Positions 1-11,721 of a stretch of 64,000 bases of DNA are shown here, piece by piece. Location: assembly GCF_963676685.1 (NCBI RefSeq), contig NC_092355.1, positions 43,958,001-44,022,000 on the forward strand, in the 5' to 3' direction. Position numbers and translations under genes: made by a program. The notes under the pieces are model-generated. The model did no database searches and was not told where the DNA came from. It saw only the letters and a list, made by a program, of their open reading frames with translations. Within the stretch, counting starts at the first letter, position 1, and every line of letters begins with the position of its first letter. This DNA is from Mytilus edulis (taxonomy: Eukaryota).

Positions 1-122
1 GGTGTCACGATATCACAGTAGCATGGGTTCGAATCCCGGCGAGGGAAGAACCAAAAATTTGCGAAAGCAAATTTACAGATCTAACATTGTTGGGTTGATG
101 TTTAGACGAGTTATATATATAT
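1..122 (+). repeat. tRNA-derived SINE-like fragment ending in (TA)n
   Basis: B-box-like GGTTCGAATCC at ~27-37, then a short body and a TA-repeat tail. The 5' part lies outside the window. Confidence 0.5.
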
Positions 123-223
123 ATGGCTGTGTACATAATGTATATACAACTCGTAAACATCAATATAATTTTAAAATTTAGAACAGTTATAAGATTTGCA
201 GTTTTTGAAGAATAACCTTACAT

Positions 224-340
224 TGTCTCGAAATATCAATGTTATTTGTACTCGGCTCGAAACAGGTAGAAAGGATCGGCACAGCCTCGCGTTCTACCTG
301 TTTCTAAGCCTTGTACAAATAACATTGATATTTTGAGACA
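224..340. repeat. Near-perfect ~115-bp palindrome (MITE-like hairpin)
   Basis: Arms tgtctcgaaatatcaatgttatttgtac...aaacaggtagaa and ttctacctgttt...gtacaaataacattgatattttgagaca are imperfect reverse complements. Confidence 0.75.
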
Positions 341-962
341 TGATAATACATTTTGACTAAGGCTAACTAGTTAAACGTGGCTTGGTACTTTTACATCCCC
401 CAAACAATTAAGCAATTTAAATTGGTATATTCAACAAATTAATTAGAGATGAGGAAAGTAAAGAAATACATATAGAAACAGAGACTGTAATGATAAGTCA
501 TATAATCCAAATGTAGAGCACTACACGAAGTCGAACTACATCTATCCATTTATCCCATTTGGTGCCACAGTTAATTTTCTTATCCAAAATCTTTCCCGAG
601 TGAGTATATCCTCCCTAGACCAAGCAGAGTAGTGGTCAATGATTGTAATGGTCAGTCGATTGAGATCTGCCTAAGTGTGGCCAGATGATCTCAAATGTCG
701 ACTGAGAGGGAGGTCTGGCTTGCATTGGTAGTCGCTACGATGACCGTTATATATGTAAATTTTGTCCACGCTGTGCACATATATATATTTGCCCCTGTAC
801 TATTACAATCCTGAAATGGCATTTCACGACTCAGGAAAGCTATATTGCAGTTTGTTTACTGGTCTAGTGTACATGACACAGTGAACGCGGAGTTGCCATG
901 ATGTCAAGAATCATGGGTTCAACTCCCGCTGAGACAATAACATTAACGGTACCAATTGTACT

Positions 963-1006
963 GCACCAGATGCACATTTCGACAAAACATGTCTCTTCAG
1001 TGATGC
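963..1006 (-). ncRNA. Type I hammerhead ribozyme (intact), family A
   Basis: Minus strand reads GCAUCA-CUGAAGA-GACA(UGUUU)UGUC-GAAA-UGUGC-AUC^-UGGUGC. The catalytic core is complete, with stem I (GCAUCA/UGGUGC), stem II, a short stem III and an NUH site. Confidence 0.85.
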
Positions 1007-1290
1007 TCGTGGACAAACTTTTTGAAATCCAAAGCTTATATAAAAGATGAAGAGCTATAATCCAAAAGGTCCAAAAAGTATAGCCAAATCCGTGAAAGGA
1101 ATCCGAGTCTTGCATGAGGGAGATACATTCCTTAATTTATAATAATTTCGAACATTTTGTAACAGCAAATTTTAATAACACAAAAAATCCGTATTCTCAT
1201 GCCTGTACCGAAGTACTGGCTACTGGGCTGGTGATACTCTCGGGGACTAACAGTCCCACCAGCAGAGAAATCGACCCAGCGGTAGTAATA
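963..1290 (-). mobile_element. Hammerhead-bearing non-coding unit (retrozyme-like), family A
   Basis: About 330 bp without coding capacity. The hammerhead is at one end and a structured GC-rich domain (1215-1288), shared with 57030-57077, is at the other. Confidence 0.6.
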
Positions 1291-1993
1291 ACATTATTCC
1301 AGACTCAGATTTAACATTGTTTGGAAAAATTGTAGAAAATGAATATAAATAAACATAACATTACTGAAAATTGTTTAATAAAATTGTATGCATCGTTAAC
1401 TAAGTTTCGCCGATAAATCCTGTGTACTTATTTCTAAGTACACACATTCAGTATTCATGAGTTAATGTATATTGTTAAAATTTAAAAGATTCCAGACTTT
1501 GTAAGTTTAAAGTTAAACTGACACACAAATTAATAATAGCTGCCAAATAAGTATCATATTACCTCATATCATATTAGTAATCGACAACGTTAGATACCAA
1601 ATTACCCGTGCAGATTTATTAGATAAATTATATTTCACATGAACGAATCAGTAATGTAATCGTTCATGTATCATTTGAAAAACTTTGGTTTCCAGTACTG
1701 GCTAAATGTATGCACATATATAATAGAGAAATGCTTGAATATCAACAGTCTGCTAGCAAATTCGTCCTTTTGGTATTAATGTAAGAAGAAAGAACATTTT
1801 TCGCATGACGACACACATATCTTTTATGATATAAGCTAGTTACAGAAACTTTATTAAAAAAACAATGACACTATGTTATAGCTTCGGAATAAATAAAAGA
1901 GTAACAAAGCCGCAAAATTATGCTAAGTTGTATATTATAAGACTTTATGTGATCTTAACTCTCCACTGTCCTTCAACTGACAGTAAAGATTAA

Positions 1994-2611
1994 GGGCATA
2001 CGATACAGTTACAGGGGGGGAGTTAATGACGTTGCTATAGTAAAATGTTATTTTCGCGACGTCAAACTATGACATATCGGGAAAGGATGCATTTTTCTAC
2101 TGATTTTTATCGTTCAAACTGATTTAATTTGAAAACGAGTGCATGGACCCCTATTTTTTAAAATGACATTTTGTTTCATTTTGCAGGGAAATTGTGTAGA
2201 CTAAATTTTATAAAACTGTAAATAGTGCAATTGTTTTTTAAATTAGATAAATATACAGCAAAAAAATACGTTTTTTTTTTCTCAATTCATGACCATTTGA
2301 TAAATGTGACTTACTTTTGAATAAAAAATGCATAAATTTTTAAGATACTTATAAAAGACAGAAATTACAAACTATTTAACAAAAAAACAATTTGTGTTTA
2401 TCTTTTAAAAGAAAAAAGTTATGGATTTCTTTCGAAAGGGAAAATACGGCCAGAAATCCGAATTTATAGCAAATATGACCTCATTTAACTCAAAAAGTAG
2501 AACATGAAGGTATATTTTTTATTACATATTTGATTTAATCAGGCAAAAATTAGCCTATATAGAAATGTTCATCAAACTATAAATACGGGATCAAAACTGT
2601 ATCGTATGCCA
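1994..2611. mobile_element. Non-autonomous DNA transposon with TTAA TSD (Kolobok-like)
   Basis: ttaa|gggcatacgatacagtt ... aactgtatcgtatgcca|ttaa gives a ~17-bp TIR, GG terminus and TTAA on both flanks. Confidence 0.75.
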
Positions 2612-3584
2612 TTAAACCGTATAGTAGTAAAACAGAAACCAAAGATGACACAGACAACGGCCCTATCTAGGCTTAATCAATAACATAAAAGCAATTTTGC
2701 TTCAGACAGTTACAACTTTGATTAAGTTTTAAATGATTAACAAATATCTTACCAACGCATTCAATTAGTTTGTTCATATGTTGTACTGTTACACTACGGT
2801 CAAAATTAAAGGAGGGTCGCCAAACAAGCTTGTACAATCCAAAATCGGAATATGCCTTTTCTTAATCGGGATCTTGTAACTCGGTAGTTTAAATTTCTGG
2901 CTATATGTCTCTGGTTCATAGCTGGTACTCATACCACATATCCTTATTTTAAAAAATATACAAAGACAACTTTTTGATATGAATTTATCCCTCTGTGTAT
3001 ATTTTCCATATTAATTTTATATCTCCATTTTTATTTTTCATCCATAACATCTTCCGTTATTGGCATTGCGTATTATAGTTGTCAAAAGAATATGACATGT
3101 GACTAATCAATTATGATTATGCGTTGGATACCTTCCAATTATATAGTTTTATACCAGGTTAACTGTACTTGATTAAGATAACGCAGTTAAACAAACCCAC
3201 AGCTCATCAATAAGATTTGTCTGATATTTAACAAATGTTTATACATCCGTTTAAAATACTATTTAGAATGAATTAATTGAGCAGTCATTTCATTAAACTA
3301 CAATGTGATTTAATTGTTCAACCTTGGAATAAATATATACATAAGTGTATGCCATATATGCATATCGTAAGTAAAATTTTTATTGTACCTGATGAATACC
3401 TGATGAATATTTTGAACAAAAAAGATATATGACTAAATTTTTTTAATTTTTTTAAAACGAAATGATTGCGATCAATAAATATGTTACCGAATAACATCAT
3501 ATTTTTTATTTGATTATATGAGTCTATATTTAAATATGTTAAAAGTAATATGAGTAACATTTACAAATCTGTTATTAGATAATA

Positions 3585-4635
3585 TCTATACTATTAAACG
3601 AGAAGACCTCATTTTGGGTGTCGCTTCTCTTCTTTCCACAATAAATTAATCAATACGCCTCTGTGTCCTATAGGTACAGTGCATAGTCGCATTTGTCATC
3701 CATTCATATGATTATTCAGATTGGGTTATTTTGGGAGAAAATCGAGAAAAAGGGCATCCGGATATTGTCCCGTCATTGGACAAAAATTTTAAGTCAGATT
3801 AGACTTCCGGTTTGCGTTTTTCTGTATACTTTGAACATACATATACTACGAATAAAGTGTATTTTCAGAATTATATCTCCTATCATTTTCAAGTTTACTA
3901 TCCACGGTGGTCACATAGTTTATTAAATAGAGAGGGTCTGTATACTATATCAATGACCACCATGGATCGATTAGAAAACTTAGAATTGAAAGTAAATACA
4001 CTTTATTTATATAGTGAATGTTCATAATATACAGATAAGCGCTAAAATTATTCATGTGCACTTTTGATACCTTTTCTGAAATTCTCCAGTCATTAAATCT
4101 TTTACAAAATTCATTGATTACAAAAAAAAAGAAGATGTGGTATGATTGCCATGTTAACAACTCTCCACAAGAGACCAAAATGACACAGAAATTAACAACT
4201 ATAGGTCATCGTACGGCCTTCAACAACGAGCAAAGACCAAACCGCATACTCAGCTTTAAAAGGCACCGACATGAAAATGTAAAACAATTCAAACGAGAAA
4301 ACTAGCGGCCTTATTTATGTACAAACAATGAACGAAAAACAAATATGTAACGCATAAACAAACGACAACCACTGAAGTGCAGGCTCCTTACTTAAATGTT
4401 CATAACATACTAAATGTATATTCATATTGAAATTGATAGAAAACCACACATTGGGAATTTTGGAAATAAAGGAGGAGGGATTAAAAAAAAAATTTCATGT
4501 CCCCAATAACCTATGATTTATGATAATTTTGCTGAAATTCTCCAGTCATTCAATATTTCACAAAATTCTTTCAACAACACTTTACATACTTTAAACTACG
4601 TTCTGAATGCCCGCGATTTCGCGGGTGTGTTCTAG
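3585..4635 (+). mobile_element. Non-autonomous Helitron
   Basis: 5' end a|TCTATACTATTAAA. 3' hairpin cccgcgatttcgcggg (4610-4625) is followed by CTAG|t. Inserted at an A^T site. Contains a SINE-like repeat at ~4125-4390. Confidence 0.8.
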
Positions 4636-4909
4636 TTAAGATTTAAACTATTGTTAATGTTTCAAATGTGTATCTGTTTACTAGCATTAGCCAGTCGTAA
4701 ATTGAATTAGATCTACAAATCGACGAACGTTTTAAGGTACTTAAATACCTTTCTTTAAATCAAGGAATCATGAGGTAGAGAAAGGTGGTTACGAATCAAG
4801 TTTGGATTAACCTATAAGTGTGAGTAAACGGCATTCTAATTGAACGCTACGTAGCAAACCTATCTAGCCGATTGTATTATGAATGATGTGTTTAATATAT
4901 ATTTTCTAT

Positions 4910-5600
4910 AGTTAATTATCCATTTTTAGATGGTGACGTTTATCTGGCACCATCTTATGGTGTTTATTTATCTCAGCTTGTTTTATTCGCTCGTCTATGT
5001 ATCTGTATAACCAAGGATTTGCATAGCAAAAAAATATACTATTACTACACCAAGTTTTTCGATATCACAAACTAGTCAAAACAATAACTAAATTTTATTA
5101 TCTATACAAGGATATCATTTAATACAAATCAACATGCAGACGTCTTGTGCGTTTAGGCATACACATCCAATATTTTATGGTAATATTCTTTACAAAGCAC
5201 AAAAGTCTAAACATTCACCTTAAAATTAACCAAACCTTTAAACAGACTTATTTAGTAGAAATGTAGTTACGATACTGTTTTCAGGTCTATAAGGATGCCA
5301 TATTTTGGTATTAACATTGAATAACTTATAGGGTCTTTTGCATCGAGAATAAACACATTTAGTCTAAAACCAGTTTTTGGCATGATACGGGTTATTATAT
5401 ATTCTTCTCATATATGTTATGATGGTATGATACTTAACCCCTAACGGGAGGTATTGTGCCTGATTTTTATGTGATGAAGATATAATCTTTCAATCATTTT
5501 AATATAGGTCTGGAGCTAGCATGTCAGCAACTGCCAGTAGTCCTTTTTTAATATATGTGTCATTGTTATTTTGTATCGTTTCGTTAACCTATTCTGACAT
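4910..5600 (+). mobile_element. Penelope-like retroelement remnant (RT C-terminal region)
   Basis: Translates as ...YPFLDGDVYLAPSYGVYLSQLVLFAR..., matching the PLE RT motif (P)SYGVYISQLxRxAR. Heavily frameshifted downstream. Confidence 0.65.
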
Positions 5601-6239
5601 CGGACTCGGATTTCTTTTAAACTGAGATTTACCGTACGTATTGATTTGTGTTTCTTTATTCTTCATTGTCTGCTATAAGTATAGGGGAAGGTTGAGATCT
5701 CACAAAACATGTTTAAACCCGTCGATTTTTTGCACCTGTCCCCAGTTTGGAACCTTAGGCCTTTGTTAGTCTTATATGTTTTTTTAATACTTTTTGGAGT
5801 TAAGTATGCCGTCTGTTTTCAGTGAACTCGTACACATGTTTATTTATGGGCCAGGTGAAGTCCACCTTCGGGTGCGGATTTTCTCACTGCGTTGAAGACC
5901 CATTGGCGGCCTTCGGCTGGTATTTGCTCAGTGGTTGGGTTGTAGTCTCTTTGGAATATTCCCCATTTGTATTATCAATTTTATCTGCATCATCAAGCAC
6001 TAATTATGATGTATAACACACTGCGAAAGATTAAAATATAACTTCATCTTTAAAATTCGTATGTCATAAATATGTTAATACATGCATGAAAATCATACTG
6101 TTAAAAGTTGATTTTATTTAGATGTCACTTTTGCTTATGTTGTCTGCGTGATAAATATAGGCTACACAATATATGTTCCTTTAAGTTTATTTTTTTACTA
6201 TAATCAACATTAGGACTCATCGTAACATCAGTTGAATAT

Positions 6240-6871
6240 TGTAGGGTTGTGGGCCCAAATATACCATCAGTAATTAGTTACGAATCTGTTCACATGTTCT
6301 TTATTATTTCAATTCTCTTAATACACATGAAAGGATTAACTAAAATACACAAAAATACACAAAAATAGAATAAAGAATCGGAACAGCAAAATGAACACTT
6401 TACCATAACAAAAACACGTGATCATAAAATATCTAAAATCATACTTGTAATAATACTTTCTTATAGTTTATGTGTGATTTTATATGCATTATATAATGCT
6501 GACAACCAAATATATGTCTTATACCAGGTCTATCTTTTTTTCTATATATATATCAAACATTTCGATGTTTTCTCGTTTACAATTTACAGCGTCTCAAAAG
6601 TTACGATAAAATGGTCAAAATGCTGTTATAATAGTTTACCAAAAAACTTCTATTAAATAAACATATTCTTTGACTCATATATAACAAACATACCGTATTG
6701 GTTGTCCATGGTATTCTAATATAGCTTCAAAAACGTTTAACTTCAAAATTAGCTTCATCACATTCGTACTCTTTCGATTAGGAGACCGAATCCTTGCTAA
6801 AAAATGCTTGTTTACAATAAAGTGTTGATTTCAAATAAAAATAAGTTAAACAACCAACTTTGGTCTTAACA
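6240..6871 (-). repeat. 3' LTR of BEL/Pao element
   Basis: Minus-strand termini TGTTAAG...CCCTACA. Direct repeat of 18667-19314. Confidence 0.9.
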
Positions 6872-6989
6872 TACCGGCCCCTTAATTGTGGTCATGCAAG
6901 AACACAATTATCTAACCACAATAGACCTAAGTGGTTTCAAAATATCAAAATATATCTAAATAATAACAATACTGTCTTATCAATATTAA

Positions 6990-9900
6990 AACCCAATCAT
7001 TTAACAATGTCCATATCAGCTTCCAGAACCAAACACAGTTTTCCTATTGATCTGGTCAATACAGTAGAAGCAGTGTTGACCTTCGCTACACGCACTGTTT
7101 CAAATTTGTCCGTAATGACTTCCAAGACGCGTCCCATTGTCCATGAATTTCTCGGAGTGTTTTCAACAATAAAAACAAGATCATTGATTTTAAGATTTCT
7201 TTCCTTCTTGTTCCATTTGGTTCTCTGATTTAATAAAGGAAGCTATTCTTTTGTCCATCGATTCCAGAACAAGTCTGACAAATATTGTACTTTTCGCCAC
7301 CTTCTACGAACACAATTGTCGGATTTATCAAATGTCCCTGGAGGAGCGCTTTCTCCTGAACGAAGAAGCAGAAGATCATTTGGCGTTAACACATTCAAGT
7401 CATTCACACTGTTAGGTACTTCTGTGATAGGACGACCATTTAGTATAGCTTCAACTTCACAAAATCATGTTTGCAAGTTTTCATCATTCAAACGCAACTT
7501 TTGCTCCTGCAAAATAGAATACAAAACCTTTCTTACAGATCGAATGAGTCTCTCCCATACTCCACCAAAATAAGATGCTGCTGGAGGATTAAATTTCCAG
7601 TCGATGCCCTTTTGAAGCATAAAATTGTCAATCTGATTCAGATTCCATTTAACAATTTCAGCTTTAAGTTCTCTTTGCGCACCTACGAGATTTGTTCCAT
7701 TGTCCGATCGAATAATTTTGGGTACTCCTCTGCGTGCAATGAATCGCCGGATTGCATTAATGCAAGAACTGGTGTCTAGGGAATCGGCTACTTCCAAATG
7801 TACTGCTCTTATTTTGAGACATGTGAATATCACGCCGTAACGTTTAAGAGTACACCTTCTCTGTTTAATTGCAAAAGGTCCAAAGTAATCCATACCAACG
7901 ATTGTAAACGGTGCAGTATCTTGAGTCACCCTTTCGCTGGGCAAATTCGTCATTTTCTGTTGCATGATGGGTGCTTGATATTTTCTACATATGACACATT
8001 TAGAGACAATATTCTTGATTATACCGTTAGCACCTATGATCCAATACTTTTGTCTGAGTTCGGTCAAAATAGCATTTCCCCTAAATGTCCGATCGATCTA
8101 TGAATTCCTTGTATAATTGAATATGATATTGTAGATTGTTTTGGCAGTATGATTGGATGCTTTGATGTTTCGGTTAGATTTGATCTTGCTAATCTCCCAC
8201 CAACTCGTAATATTCCATTTTCGTCAATATATGAGTTAAGTTTAAACAGTCTTGATGTTCGCTTAACATTCAACTTAGCTTTTAATCGCTGTACTTCATC
8301 ATCGAAATGTTGGTTTTGAACAAAACGAATACTAGTAATTTCTGCGTTGTGTATATCCTGTACTTTTTGATTCAGAGTTTTGACTAGTTCCTTCGATTCA
8401 TTTAGTCGCTTGGATTTTGCTTGTGTAGGTAACTTATCTTCATTCTCATTTGCTAAGTCGTTTTTTCTTCGGGTGGTTTGCTTAAAGTTGTTTACGGCCT
8501 TCAACAACCAAGCTACAATTCTTTTCAACTTGTCAAAGTCAGAACATCGAGAAATCAAGGTTTCAAAACTGTTAAATTCATCATAATCATCGTCCACAAT
8601 TGATGCATTAACCACTGATTTTCGATTGACTTTCGAGTCATTATCTGGAAATTTCAAGTCCATCCATACTTGTGGCCATTCACATTCTGGTAACCACAAA
8701 TAATCTGGTCCCCTGATCCATTGAGGATTTTGTTGAAATTTCAAAATAGTCATTCCACGAGAAGCAAAGTTAGGTGGATTTTGCTTCGTATTTACATTAT
8801 TCCACTGTGCATTGTCGGTAGCTTCATGTATTAAAGCAAGACAATTTGCAACAAACTTATGATATCTTGAATTTCTGTTGAAAATATATCGCAGCACTGT
8901 CATACTATCTGTCCAAAAGAACACTTTATCGATGTTGTAATTCAACTCTTGCAAAATAACTTTGCTCAATCGAACTACTCTTGCTGCAGCAGTTAATTCC
9001 ATTCTAGGCACGGTAATTGTTTTCAGAGGCGCAACTCTTAATTTCCCAAGAACAAATGTGTAATGAATCCTCCCAGTTTTATCAATTAAACGAAGATAGA
9101 AAACCATGCCATAACCGATATCACTGGCATCCGAGAAACAATGAATCTGTGTTGACATTACATTTTCAAAATTTGGCGGCTTGTAACATCTGTCAATCTT
9201 AACATTATGCAACTCGTTCAACTGATTCAACCAACTGATCCATTTTTTCTCATCTGTCTCATTAATTTCTTCATCCCAATCAACTTGTTGTTTGCATAAA
9301 TTTTGAAGAATTGACCTTGAGTACAAAAGGAGATGCGATTCCTAACGGATCGTACACAGAACTTACAACTGATAATATTCCTCGCTTAGTATGAGGATGA
9401 TCATTGGTATTTATTTTAAATCCAAATACGTCTCTATCGATGTACCAAGATACTCCTAGCGCTTGTCCAACGGATGATTCGTTCTCAAAATCAAGCTGAT
9501 TAGTGTATTTTGTGCGACTCTTGTCTAGTATTGATTTTACTACAGTTGAACTCGTGCTTGTCCACTTTGTCATATTAAAGCCTCCTTTTGTGCAAAGAGA
9601 TCAAACACCATCTACTAACGATATTGCCTTTTCGTCTGATTCGGTCGATACTAAACAATCGTCTACATATATATTGTTCAAAATTGTTTCTGCAACTTGT
9701 GGCTCAAATTGGTTTCTATAGTTCTGTGCAGTTTGTCTCAACGCAAAATTACAAACACTTGGAGAAGATGCAGCTCCAAAAATATGAACGGTCATCCTGT
9801 ATACTTCTGGTTCGCCGTTCATGTCTTCATTTGGCCACCATAAAAATCGCAATAAGTTTCTATCTTTGAGTGGAACTTTAACTTGGTAGAACATACTTTC

Positions 9901-10272
9901 TATGTCACCTTGTAACGCAACTTTTTCAGTACGGAATCGTAAAAGTACTCCTATCAAATTATTAGCAAGGTCTGGTCCTTGCAATAACAATGCATTCAAC
10001 GAGACTCCCATGTACGATGCAGAACAATCAAATACTACTCTAATCTTGTTCGGTTTTTTGTTGTGATAAATTCCGTGGTGAGGAATGTACCACACTCTTC
10101 CGTCATCTTGGTTCAACTCAGTTATTGGTACCTTTTCAGCAAACCCTTTCGAGAAAAGATTGTTCATAAAGGAAACGTAGTCGTCCTTAAACTTCTGATT
10201 CTTTGTCATCTTGTTTCTAAGTCCTTTAAGACGATTTTTTTTTTCTAAGAACAACACTTCTCCACCTATCAA
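6990..10272 (-). pseudogene. pol: BEL/Pao pol remnant (RT, RNase H, integrase)
   Basis: RT motifs WYIPHH, KIRVVFDCSA, LLQGPDL, FGAASSP and IYVDD. RNase H motifs HCFSDAS and FWTDS. Integrase motifs GMDYFGP, IRSDNGTN and GGVWERLI. Split by frameshifts and stops. Confidence 0.92.
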
Positions 10273-11701
10273 GAAGTTGAAACGGCAATTTACACATGAG
10301 TCACTTTATATTTTCTGAGAACCCTAGGATACGTAAAGCGTTAATACTATGTGCTACATTTTCACACTCTATTAGAAAAAGTGAAAACTCATCAAAACCT
10401 TTCGAATCACCTGCTTTCAGTGTTGGCCATTCAGGGGCTTTCTTAATGAAGGCATTAGCTATAACCTCACTGTTGCCATATCTTTCTCAAACTGTTCCAT
10501 TGCGGCTCGATAAGCATATTCACCACTTAAATGACTGAAGCCGGACACTACTTTGTGTGCTTCTCCAAAAGTAAATTGTTCTAGATAGTTCATCTTTTCA
10601 TCTTCTGTATCACTGTTTTGTACTATTTTAACTGTGAATTGTCTCACAAACTTTCTAAATTCTAATGGGTCACCTGAGAACTTTTTAATTTCTGGCATAG
10701 GTTTTCTCAAATTTTTACAATTGCAGTAATGGTTTCTAAATTGTTGTTCTGATCTGTAGGTCTAGAATCTTGTCTATTAGTTGTAGTTGTGATATATTCT
10801 TTCTTTTCGGTTATTGGACTTTTGTAATAAGTAGAACTTAAAGTGGCTGTACCGATATTTGTAGTGCCTTTATTTGTTGACCTTTCCACTTTCTGAACTT
10901 TCGGTTCAAAATGTGGTGCATGCGGATTTAAATTAACTTTAGCAAATTTATCTTGTTTTTGTTCTTTAACAATATCTTACTACGTATGCTTTGTGTTTCT
11001 GATTTTACGTTTTCTAACAGTTCATACTTGTTTAATATATTTGTCTTAGCATCTGATACAGCAATTCCTGTTGATAAATCTAATTCTTCTTCATCCATCT
11101 GAATATTGATTTTTGCCAATTCTAACAATCTCTTCTTTTTCAAAGCTTCCTTCTTTAATTCTAATTCGACTCTTTGTTGTTCTTCGGCTAGCTTTTTTGA
11201 TGATATGTTACTTAATATAGAGGAACGACTGATATGTGTGCTTCTTTGGTCACTATGATGCGACGCAGGACCTTGACGGCTAGTATAATGGTCACCTCTA
11301 TGACTAGAACTTGTCTGGCTCTGAGTATCAGAAAAGTACTTTTCAATTGTCCTTTTGAAATCACATAAAAACGCTACTCTGTCTTCATATATATAAATGT
11401 ACTCTTCCTTCTCTTGTTCCCTTATTCTTGCCATAAAGTTCTGATGTAGCTCCAAATAATGTTCATATTTATCTATCCATAGTGAAAATGTACTTCTTAT
11501 GACTTCAAATGGAGCATTTTTTTCTACGAATGACAAAATGTTTTCACATAGTCTCTTTATAGCCTCAAACATGTCATCGATTGTTTTCTTTTCATATAAT
11601 TTACCCTTTTCTGTAAAGGTTCTTTTTCTTGCAGACGCTCAGTCTAAATCTTCCTCCATGTCTGTCTGTTCTTCACCAAGTTCAATAGCTTCTATATCCA
11701 T
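10255..11701 (-). pseudogene. gag: BEL/Pao gag remnant
   Basis: ATG at 11701 (MDIEAIELG...RKRTFTEKGK), a coiled-coil region, then the motif PEIKKFSGDPLEF...KMNYLEQF typical of Pao gag. Contains stops and frameshifts. Confidence 0.8.
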
Positions 11702-11721
11702 AACTTAGAGTCAATACGTTA

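Noticed and set aside
1-60. Possible tRNA gene
   Set aside because: Only a T-arm or B-box-like motif is present, with no full cloverleaf, and it is followed by a SINE-like body and TA tail.
3385-3410. CTGATGA motifs as additional hammerheads (also ~41068)
   Set aside because: No stem II-GAAA-NUH arrangement follows.
6860-11708. Plus-strand ORFs of 60-120 aa over the BEL/Pao element
   Set aside because: They are antisense shadows of the minus-strand gag-pol frames.
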